64,000 bases of DNA from Bacteroidia bacterium (GTDB lineage Bacteria > Bacteroidota > Bacteroidia > SpSt-205): assembly GCA_026414975.1 (NCBI GenBank), contig JAOAHZ010000001.1, forward strand, positions 326,086-390,085, read 5' to 3'. Position numbers and translations under genes: made by a program. The notes below the pieces were generated by a model. That model was not told where the DNA came from, searched no databases, and saw only the letters and a list, made by a program, of their open reading frames with translations. Shown piece after piece: positions 56,093 through 64,000 of this stretch (its first letter is position 1; each line of letters begins with the position of its first letter).

Positions 56093-58666
56093 ATGTGGTC
56101 AACGGCTCGGGTGCGAAAGACTTTTCTGGATTTTTTCAGTGAAAGAGGACATTTGATAGTTCCTTCGGCCCCCTTAGTCAATAAACACGATCCCACGCTT
56201 TTCTTCGTGAATGCTGGCATGAATCCATTCAAGGATGTGTTTATGGGTTTCAAGGAGGCACCTGCTCCTCGGGTAGCTGATACTCAGAAGTGCCTCCGTG
56301 TTTCAGGCAAACACAACGACCTTGAAGAAGTGGGGCATGACACCTATCATCACACCTTTTTTGAGATGTTGGGCAACTGGTCCTTTGGAGATTACTTTAA
56401 GGCTGAGGCTATCGCTTGGGCCTGGGAGCTCCTGACAAAGGTCTATCAAATCCCCGAAGAACGCTTATATGTTACGGTATTTGGAGGGGATGAAGAATGG
56501 GGACTGCCCAAAGATGAAGAGGCTTACGCTCTGTGGCTACAATATGTGCCGACCGAACGGATTCGGTTCTTTGGGAGAAAGGATAACTTTTGGGAAATGG
56601 GGGACACGGGCCCTTGCGGCCCCTGCACAGAGATACATATAGACCTGCGTCCTGATGCTAAGGACTCGGCGGCTTCTCTCCTCAATACAGGTAATCCACT
56701 CGTGATAGAGCTTTGGAATCTAGTCTTTATCCAGTACAATCGCCGTAGTGATGGGTCTTTGGAGCTCCTTCCGATGAAGAGTGTAGATACAGGCATGGGT
56801 TTAGAGCGGCTTGCCATGGTTCTCCAAGGGCAGACTTCCACTTATGACATAGACCTCTTTCGGCGCTTGCGCTCTGCTGTAGAGGAGAAGACAGGCGTTC
56901 GATACGGAACGGGTGGCCCGACCGATGTAGCCATACGGGTAGTTTGCGACCACATTCGTGCGTTAGGCTTTGCCATGGCAGATGGACAGGTGCCCAGCAA
57001 TACGGGTGCAGGGTATGTTCTACGCCGCTTGCTGCGGCGTGCTGTGCGATATGGGTATCAGTTTCTCGGTTGCCAGCAGCCCTTCCTGCATACGCTGATT
57101 CCATTATTAGTGGAGCTATACAGAGACACCTTTCCAGACCTTGAAGAACAGATGGATACCATCCAGCGGGTTATCGCCGGCGAGGAGGAGAGCTTTCTAC
57201 GAACCTTAGGGCGTGGTATGGCTCGCTTAGAAGGGTTTCTCTCGCAGCATCGGGGGAATGTTATTCCGGGCGAAGTGGCTTTTGAGCTCTATGATACATA
57301 CGGATTTCCATTGGATTTGACACAGCTCATTGCCCGCGAGCGAGGGCTTTCAGTAGATGTGGAGGGGTATGAGCGCGCTTTGGCTGCGCAAAAAGCTCGA
57401 AGCCGACAAGCCACTCACCGAGATTTCGGAGACTGGTTAGAAGTAGAAGAAGGCGAGCATTCTCACTTCGTGGGATACGATGCCTATGAGGCCCGTGTGC
57501 TTATTATACGCATGCGCCAAGTAGAAGGAGCTAAGGGACGAGAGTACCATGTCGTTCTTGACAAGACTCCTTTCTATCCAGAGGGCGGAGGACAAGTTAG
57601 CGATGTAGGGTATCTCCGACGGGAGCGAGACCGCTTAGAGGTCATCCATGTGTATCGGGAGCAGGACAGCATCATCCACGTTTTGAATGCGCTGCCCGAA
57701 AATCCCGAGGGAGAATGGTATGCGGCTATAGATATTGGTCGTCGGAAAGCCACCTCGCAGCATCATACGGCTACCCATCTCTTACATGCCGCCTTGCGTG
57801 AGGTATTGGGGCCTCATGTTCGGCAAAGCGGCTCTCTGGTAGCCCCCGACCGACTGCGCTTTGATTTTTCTCACCCTCAAAAAGTAACCCCCGACGAGCT
57901 GAATACGATAGAACGGATCGTGAATGATAAAATAGCCGCAGCCCTCCCCCGCCGAGAATATAGAGACCTTCCCTACGAAGTCGCTTTGGCCAAGGGAGCT
58001 CTGGCCTTTTTCGGTGAGAAGTACGGAGAGCGGGTGCGCATGATAGAGTTTGGGGGGAAGTTCTCTCGAGAACTGTGTGGGGGGACTCATGTTTCCAATA
58101 CCTTAGAGCTGCGTTACTTCAAAATCCTAAGTGAGTCCGCCAGCGCAGCAGGCATACGACGGATAGAGGCCATCACCGGTGAGGCTTACTTTAGTTGGGT
58201 GCAAAGCCACTTTCAAGAGATGGAGCAGATTCGCGGCCTTCTCAAGCACCCCCCTCATCTTCTGAAGGCTGTGGAGAAGCTGATAGCCGAAAAGGCTGAA
58301 CTGGATCGTCGTCAGGCTGCCTGGCTGCGCTTGTATGCTCAGATGCTCTTGGCTCGGTGGCAGCTGCGCTCCCTTTATCTTGAACAGGTAGAGCTGCCAG
58401 ATGGCGTTGAATTACGGGACCTTCTGCAAGCTCTCCAGCATCAGCATCCTGAAGCCACCTTTATTCTCCTCGTTCCAGAAAAGTCAGGCTATGGTATAGG
58501 TGTAGCGGCCCCCCGAGAGGCGCAGCGAATCTTAGCCAGTATATGCGGCGCCTTAGGAGGTCGAGGAGGCGGACAGGCCAAGCTTGCCCTTGGCAAGCTC
58601 CCCTCCTTATCAGACCCCGTGAAGCAGATTTCGTCGTTTCTGCCTGCAATTCAGAGTCCTTTGTAA
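56093..58666 (+). CDS. alaS: Alanine--tRNA ligase
   Basis: NAGMNPFK, HHTFFEMLGNWSFGDYFK, DTGMGLER, HTATHLLH, ELCGGTHV. Confidence 0.98.
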   Translation: MWSTARVRKTFLDFFSERGHLIVPSAPLVNKHDPTLFFVNAGMNPFKDVFMGFKEAPAPRVADTQKCLRVSGKHNDLEEVGHDTYHHTFFEMLGNWSFGDYFKAEAIAWAWELLTKVYQIPEERLYVTVFGGDEEWGLPKDEEAYALWLQYVPTERIRFFGRKDNFWEMGDTGPCGPCTEIHIDLRPDAKDSAASLLNTGNPLVIELWNLVFIQYNRRSDGSLELLPMKSVDTGMGLERLAMVLQGQTSTYDIDLFRRLRSAVEEKTGVRYGTGGPTDVAIRVVCDHIRALGFAMADGQVPSNTGAGYVLRRLLRRAVRYGYQFLGCQQPFLHTLIPLLVELYRDTFPDLEEQMDTIQRVIAGEEESFLRTLGRGMARLEGFLSQHRGNVIPGEVAFELYDTYGFPLDLTQLIARERGLSVDVEGYERALAAQKARSRQATHRDFGDWLEVEEGEHSHFVGYDAYEARVLIIRMRQVEGAKGREYHVVLDKTPFYPEGGGQVSDVGYLRRERDRLEVIHVYREQDSIIHVLNALPENPEGEWYAAIDIGRRKATSQHHTATHLLHAALREVLGPHVRQSGSLVAPDRLRFDFSHPQKVTPDELNTIERIVNDKIAAALPRREYRDLPYEVALAKGALAFFGEKYGERVRMIEFGGKFSRELCGGTHVSNTLELRYFKILSESASAAGIRRIEAITGEAYFSWVQSHFQEMEQIRGLLKHPPHLLKAVEKLIAEKAELDRRQAAWLRLYAQMLLARWQLRSLYLEQVELPDGVELRDLLQALQHQHPEATFILLVPEKSGYGIGVAAPREAQRILASICGALGGRGGGQAKLALGKLPSLSDPVKQISSFLPAIQSPL

Positions 58667-58745
58667 AGTCCAAGGGACGCAAAGAGGATCAGGATAGGGC
58701 TGTGCGGCTCAGGTAGAGCAAACTTTTTGGCTTACCTTTAGGCGT

Positions 58746-60032
58746 ATGAACCGCTGGATAGCCTGCCTTTTAGGCTTTGTAAGCCTACTCGCAGCTCAGA
58801 CAGCCTACGAAAAAGATATCCAAGTAGCCTTCTCCAAGGCAAAGAAGCAAAAGCGCCCCCTTTGGATTATGGTTTCGGCGACCTGGTGCGGTCCCTGCAA
58901 GGTCGTAGAACAGCGTGTCCTCACGGACCCACGATTTGTAGAGGCTCTGAACCGAGATTTTGTACCCCTCAAAGTGTATGCTGCCAGTGATGAAGAAAGT
59001 ACTCCGGGGGGCGACTCGCTGGCTAAGGTGTATAATGTGAAAGTTTTTCCCACCTTTCTAGGGGTGGAGCCATCGGGTGAGCTTTTCTACCGAGCGGAGG
59101 GGGTTATTCAAGACTCCGAGAACCCTACGGCTTCTTTGACTGAGGGCTTTCTGCGAAGTCTAGAGCAGGCAAAAACCGCTCGCAAGGAACTACCCGAGAT
59201 GCGCCGCCGTTTCCAGAGAGGGGAGCGCTCTTTGGATTTTCTGCGGAGCTACTTGTTGAAGTTAGCGGAGTTGGGTCAGAAAGAGGAGGGTACTAAAGTG
59301 CTTGAAGCCTATCTCAAAGTGGCTAAAACTCCTCGTATAGCTTGGCTGGGTACGCCAGGTTATGTAGGAATTTTAGCTCGCATCAGTGAATGGGGGCCTC
59401 AGTATGCTGAGTATGTGTTTTCTCTGGCAGATACGCTACGCCCGGCCGTTCCCTCGGACTTGTATGAAGCGATCTACATGCCTATTTTAGAAAAGAGCCT
59501 GGTCAAAAAGCTTAGCAGCTCCTCCCGAAAGGAGTGGGATGAGGCGGCAAGCATAGTAGAGCAGTTTATAAAGGAGCACCGCAGCCGCTTCCCTTTTGTA
59601 GAGAGCATGGCTCTAACGGCACTCTGGCAAAATGGACTGAAATCACCTAAGCCAGAAACTCGGGCGAAGGCTGCCTCCCTGGCGCTTAGAGCTGTAGCTT
59701 TGGAATGGCCCCTGGAGATTCCTAACGCAGAGGACCGTCAGATCCGAGCCCTAAGCTACAACAACTTGGCTTGGACCTTTTATGAGCAGGTGGAAGACCC
59801 TGATAAGCTCTGGGTAGCCGTGATTTTAGCTAAGCAGGCCCTGGCTTATGCGCCAGATGAATGGCATATTTGGGATACCCTCGGGGCCCTATACTACAAG
59901 CTGGGGCGAAAGCGTGACTCTTTAGAGACTTTGGATAAGGCTATTCAATTGGCTAAGCAGCAGGGCGTGCCAGAGAGTGATTACGAAGATACCTTAAAAC
60001 TGTATCAGAAGGCGATGCAGCTTGGAGATTAG
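58746..60032 (+). CDS. Secreted thioredoxin-fold protein with C-terminal TPR
   Basis: Signal LAAQ, WCGPCK, cis-Pro FPT, NNLAW, DTLGALYYKLG. Confidence 0.85.
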   Translation: MNRWIACLLGFVSLLAAQTAYEKDIQVAFSKAKKQKRPLWIMVSATWCGPCKVVEQRVLTDPRFVEALNRDFVPLKVYAASDEESTPGGDSLAKVYNVKVFPTFLGVEPSGELFYRAEGVIQDSENPTASLTEGFLRSLEQAKTARKELPEMRRRFQRGERSLDFLRSYLLKLAELGQKEEGTKVLEAYLKVAKTPRIAWLGTPGYVGILARISEWGPQYAEYVFSLADTLRPAVPSDLYEAIYMPILEKSLVKKLSSSSRKEWDEAASIVEQFIKEHRSRFPFVESMALTALWQNGLKSPKPETRAKAASLALRAVALEWPLEIPNAEDRQIRALSYNNLAWTFYEQVEDPDKLWVAVILAKQALAYAPDEWHIWDTLGALYYKLGRKRDSLETLDKAIQLAKQQGVPESDYEDTLKLYQKAMQLGD

Positions 60033-60145
60033 GGGGGCTGTCGGTAAGCATTTGCTGATAGTTTGTCCTTGAGGGGTGTATCTTCATCCTTGTGAGGGTG
60101 TAGAGGGGAGGCTGAAAATTTTTCGGGCGAGACAAGGTGGTCTCC

Positions 60146-60153
60146 TACTTTTG
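60146..60153 (+). promoter_or_regulatory. -7 element TACTTTTG
   Basis: Exact TAnnTTTG, 3 nt before ATG 60157. Confidence 0.6.
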
Positions 60154-60156
60154 CAT

Positions 60157-61233
60157 ATGGCTGAGATATTTACAATACGCTGCAAGGGTTGTGGTGCATC
60201 TGTTGTATACGAGGCAACCCGCGAGAAGCTACAATGCCCCTATTGTAAGGGAGAGCAGGATGTGCCAGTTTCTTATGAGGGCATACAGGAGATAGACTTA
60301 GAAGCGGCCCTCAAAGCCGCCCAAGAAGCACGCGAAGCTATCCCAGAACACATCGTGCTGAGCTGTAGCAGCTGCGGGGCTCAAATCGCGTGTAAAGAAG
60401 CCCGTGCTACATGCGATTTCTGTGGAGCTGAGGCCGTGAGTGAAATGGCTCTAAAAAACCAGCCTATACGGCCTCAGGGGGTTCTTCCCTTCAAGGTGGA
60501 AGCTCGTTCCGCTCAGGAGGCGTTCCAACGATGGGTAAAGAGCCTTTGGTTTGCCCCCTCTGACCTTATGCGTCGCACGCGAGTAGATGACCTGCGCGGG
60601 GTGTATTTACCAGTTTGGACTTTTGACGCTCATGTATGGGCTCACTGGCAGGCCATCCCGGGGTATTACCGCACGCGCACTGAACGGTTTTTTGATCAGC
60701 AGACCCGCTCTTGGCAGACCCGCACCGTTACTTATACTGAATGGGGCCCCCCCGTCTCGGGGCACCACCGAGACTTTTTTGACGATGTATTGATTTCAGG
60801 CTTACGCAGCCTTCCCAACCATTATTTAGAGGGCGTAGGAGAGTTTGCTACGACCACGGACCTGCGGGCCTACGAGCCTGCTTATTTCTTGGGCTGGGAT
60901 GTCGCCCTGCCAGATAAGCCCCTTCAGGAAGCCTGGGGCGAAGGCCATCGTCGCATATACGACATGACCGCTGAAATCTGCAAGAGAGCCATTCCGGGCG
61001 ATACCTACAAGGACTTTCGAATGCAGCTTCAGCTCTCCGGACTCACAACGAAACTCGTATATGTGCCGATTTACATTCTGGCTTACCGCTACAGAAATAA
61101 GTCCTATCGGGTCGTAATTCACGGTCGTACAGGGGTCGTGAGTGGAGATCGTCCGGTGAGCTGGGTGAAGGTGGGTCTTGCTATCCTTCTTGGACTTGCT
61201 GTCATAGCAGGGCTTGCCTACCTAGCTCAGTAG
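60157..61233 (+). CDS. Double zinc-ribbon protein with C-terminal membrane anchor
   Basis: CKGC, CPYC, CSSC, CDFC; GVYLPVWTFD; HGRTGVVSGDRP then a TM helix. Confidence 0.85.
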   Translation: MAEIFTIRCKGCGASVVYEATREKLQCPYCKGEQDVPVSYEGIQEIDLEAALKAAQEAREAIPEHIVLSCSSCGAQIACKEARATCDFCGAEAVSEMALKNQPIRPQGVLPFKVEARSAQEAFQRWVKSLWFAPSDLMRRTRVDDLRGVYLPVWTFDAHVWAHWQAIPGYYRTRTERFFDQQTRSWQTRTVTYTEWGPPVSGHHRDFFDDVLISGLRSLPNHYLEGVGEFATTTDLRAYEPAYFLGWDVALPDKPLQEAWGEGHRRIYDMTAEICKRAIPGDTYKDFRMQLQLSGLTTKLVYVPIYILAYRYRNKSYRVVIHGRTGVVSGDRPVSWVKVGLAILLGLAVIAGLAYLAQ

Positions 61234-61316
61234 AGCTTGTAAAAACCTCAGCCATCTCCAGCCCTTGTAGCATGGGCTCGCCCGAGGAAGTTCTCGTTTC
61301 CGATGGCAATCCTTGT

Positions 61317-61520
61317 CTAAGGATTGGGACAGCTTTTTCGGACGGGGCGGGCGGCTTTGCCGATTTTGCCTCGGCTGCGGGTTTCTTTCGCCAGTCGTGA
61401 GGCTTGCTGCTGCCTGATGTACTCTTCGTGTTTTGGATGATTGCAGTTGGCCCGTGGATCGCGGAATATACCGCAGCCCATCAGCCAAATAAGCGGTATG
61501 AGTAAGGCTTTAGTCCGCAT
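61317..61520 (-). CDS. Small basic lipoprotein
   Basis: MRTKALLIPLIWLMGC lipobox; start overlaps the upstream stop. Confidence 0.6.
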   Translation of the reverse strand: MRTKALLIPLIWLMGCGIFRDPRANCNHPKHEEYIRQQQASRLAKETRSRGKIGKAARPVRKSCPNP

Positions 61521-62013
61521 CGCTATCTGATTGAGGTCCCTCTATCATCTGAAAATCACCTTGCTCGGCGAGATATGCCCGAATCTTCTCCACTTTATCT
61601 GGCAAATCGGGGGGGCACTGTGCTCGGCAGGTTATTTTTTTCTCCTGGCCTCCCATCTTGTAGTGTAAAATGAGAGAAGGGAGGTCCGTAATGTAGGGGT
61701 TGTCATAGACGTCCTTATAGGCTTCAAATCGTCCCTCTCTCAGAAGCTGATAGAGCTCAGAGCGTTCCTTGTCTGAGATACGACGAGTGTAAACGCCCAC
61801 TCTGTCCACAAAGCGCTCACCGTAGTACCGGACCGTGCCATCTGGCAGGAGTTCAACCTTGTCTATGGGACATCGTCCGTAACAGCCAGTGCGAGCCACC
61901 GATATGTATAGGGTATCAGTCGCTGAGCCTTTGGGGGTAGGTTGGCTCCGTCCGCCGCACTGATGGACATGGAGCCACAAAAAAGCTGCTCCGCCGAGCA
62001 TGTACAGCCTCAT
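61510..62013 (-). CDS. DUF6438-like exported protein
   Basis: RTGCYGRCP, DGTVRYYG, TDLPS. Confidence 0.75.
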   Translation of the reverse strand: MRLYMLGGAAFLWLHVHQCGGRSQPTPKGSATDTLYISVARTGCYGRCPIDKVELLPDGTVRYYGERFVDRVGVYTRRISDKERSELYQLLREGRFEAYKDVYDNPYITDLPSLILHYKMGGQEKKITCRAQCPPDLPDKVEKIRAYLAEQGDFQMIEGPQSDSDAD

Positions 62014-62121
62014 CTAAGCTAAGATACGCGAAAGCAGCTAATCTCTTGAAGAGTCGTTAGCTGTGGCAGGATGTTTTTCTCATCGCTACGCTATATAGGG
62101 TAAGCGGATTCCCCCTTTTCT

Positions 62122-64000
62122 CTACTCTATCAGCAGCTTCATCGTCTCAGTGCCCCGCTGGCTTCTAATCTGGACCATATAGAGTCCAGTGGGTAAGTTG
62201 CCGAGAGGCATCCTATGGAGTCCTTCTTTTATTTGCCACTGCGCTGACACCTCTCCTCTCAGGCTAAACAGGCGTACCTCTCCCTCAAAGGGTGCTTCTA
62301 TCCACACCTCATCATGAGCGGGATTAGGGTATATTCGCCAACCCCGTCTGTTTAGCTCACCTGTCAGGCTGGTTACTTGCATTTCGGCTGTGCTGACCCC
62401 GCAGCCGTTATATGCATACAGCCGTAGAGTATAGGGGCCATTGCCTGCGTAGGTATGGGTTCCGGAAAGGACACCAGTGAGGGTATTCCCGTCCCCGAAG
62501 CTCCACACTACGCTATCTGCTCCCACTGCTTGACCCATGAAGGTAAGGATCCCGCCGGATAGGGAAGCTGAGAGGATTTGCGCTGTAGGCGGTCTATCCG
62601 CTACCACTATTGTGCGCGTGAAGGTTGTAAGACCACAAGAGGGGGTGTTGCTTCGCAGCGTTACATCGTAAATGCCTGGTTTGGTGTAGGTATGGCTAAA
62701 AGTCTGTGTGGTGTCGCCTCTGACAGTTCCATCTCCCATTTCCCACTGGAGGGCGGTGGGGTGGCCCTGCCAGGTGTTGGGGCTTTGTCTCTGGAAAAGG
62801 ACAGGCTGTCCGGCGCATGCTCGGGTAGGAGCCTGAAATGAAGCGGCTGCAGCTTCCTTGACTTCTAATCGTAGGGTCAGAGTATCTCGCGCCCCATTAC
62901 AAGCTTGCCAAATTTGATATAGGGTGTGGTGCCCTGGCTGGAATGGGGCGACGAAAGAGAGCGACCCTCCTGAGGTAGATACGACTTCAGGACGCTGACC
63001 GTTGGCATAGACTAGGCGCACACTTTCTATACCCCCTCCTCCATAATCTAAGATATACCCATAAGAAATCCATACTTGCGTGCCAGCACACACAGAGAAA
63101 GTCGCCTCACTCTTGTATGCAGATAAAACACCTCCTCCCCCTGGTGCACAGGTAGAGGGACCATCTTGAATCGCTCCAGGGCGCCCTAAGCCCTGGTTTT
63201 CTACGCGTACTGCCCATACTTCTTTCCAGACGCCGCAGGAGGTAATCAATTCACTCTCTATGCCGTACACGCCAGGGGTCTGGGGCAGCATGTAATCATA
63301 GGCTTCTGGTGCGCTTTCAGCCGTGAAGGTTACAGGACCGGTAGGCAGGGTAAGCCGCCACTGCCAAGAGGTCCCTCGAGGACGCTGAATGAGAGCGAAA
63401 CGAATAGGCGTCCCTCCACAGTACGCATTCTGCATCATGGTCGGGGGTATGCACCAATCCTGGGTGCAGGACTGAGGGACTCGGGTGACCCGAGTATGCC
63501 TCCCCATCGGCTGAAAGGTATTGAGTGCTCTTATAGAGACCCCACTTAGGGTTTGAGTACCTCCACTGGGATGGTAAAGCTGGGCTTGGACATTCAGAGG
63601 GACTCCACTCCAAACAACAGTAGTTTCTACGGCTGTTTCAGATGGAGCGGTCCAGCCCGTCCCAAAATTCCATGCAACTTGATGACCAGGTTCTCTCGGA
63701 GAAAAGTTTGCCGTCGGAGTGATACTTAGCGTAACCGAATCCCCTGCACAAAAGACGGGATTGCGAACCGATATGAACCCATTAGGTGTTAGAGTAGTGA
63801 CTATAGTAGGATTCCATGTGACTACATTTTCCTGACTTGTGCCGCAGAGTTCCTGGCGAATGCGTACCCGGTAGCCTCCGGCGGGCGGAGGGCTGGTGAA
63901 TCGGTATGTAGGGGTGCGGCGAGGGCTTGTACCACTCACAGACCCTTCCCATGTTCCATCGTCTTCAAAGTCTACGATAGTTAGCCCCTGAGCCCCTAAA
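62122..64000 (-). CDS. PKD-domain T9SS type A protein, 5' end outside the window
   Basis: Frame open to the window edge; WEMGDG..HTYTKPGIYDVTL, WSFGDG..HTY, CTD YPNPA..GLYMVQI..KLLIE. Confidence 0.9.
   Translation of the reverse strand, partial: LGAQGLTIVDFEDDGTWEGSVSGTSPRRTPTYRFTSPPPAGGYRVRIRQELCGTSQENVVTWNPTIVTTLTPNGFISVRNPVFCAGDSVTLSITPTANFSPREPGHQVAWNFGTGWTAPSETAVETTVVWSGVPLNVQAQLYHPSGGTQTLSGVSIRALNTFQPMGRHTRVTRVPQSCTQDWCIPPTMMQNAYCGGTPIRFALIQRPRGTSWQWRLTLPTGPVTFTAESAPEAYDYMLPQTPGVYGIESELITSCGVWKEVWAVRVENQGLGRPGAIQDGPSTCAPGGGGVLSAYKSEATFSVCAGTQVWISYGYILDYGGGGIESVRLVYANGQRPEVVSTSGGSLSFVAPFQPGHHTLYQIWQACNGARDTLTLRLEVKEAAAASFQAPTRACAGQPVLFQRQSPNTWQGHPTALQWEMGDGTVRGDTTQTFSHTYTKPGIYDVTLRSNTPSCGLTTFTRTIVVADRPPTAQILSASLSGGILTFMGQAVGADSVVWSFGDGNTLTGVLSGTHTYAGNGPYTLRLYAYNGCGVSTAEMQVTSLTGELNRRGWRIYPNPAHDEVWIEAPFEGEVRLFSLRGEVSAQWQIKEGLHRMPLGNLPTGLYMVQIRSQRGTETMKLLIE

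Noticed and set aside
62033-62064. CAGCTAA/TTAGCTG hairpin as a terminator
   Set aside because: Weak, interrupted stem with only a short U tail; not supportable.

Overview
A gene-dense, mostly housekeeping segment of a Bacteroidota chromosome. The phylum call rests on T9SS type A/B cargo C-terminal domains, signal peptides ending in Gln, the miaB-sigma54 regulator-lptE cluster, the tatA-gatA-mltD order and TAnnTTTG promoter elements; a thermophilic lifestyle is only an inference. It holds about 60 CDSs (tRNA/translation, PDH, fatty acid oxidation, envelope, four T9SS cargo proteins, two TPR-PD40-OmpA proteins), one RNase P RNA gene and one glycosyltransferase with an in-frame stop. No tRNA, rRNA, CRISPR array, prophage or IS was seen. 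The most striking signals are architectural. (1) The Bacteroidota -7 promoter element sits only 3-9 nt (most often 4 nt) before many start codons, suggesting widespread leaderless transcription, including back-to-back bidirectional promoters in spacers as short as 26 nt. (2) The RNase P RNA is about 302 nt and appears to lack both P14 and P18. (3) Two genes appear to need CTG starts. (4) Almost all convergent gene pairs overlap at their 3' ends. (5) An unannotated structured intergenic element and small ORF lie at about 5.3-5.65 kb. All calls come from reading the sequence by eye; no database searches were run.
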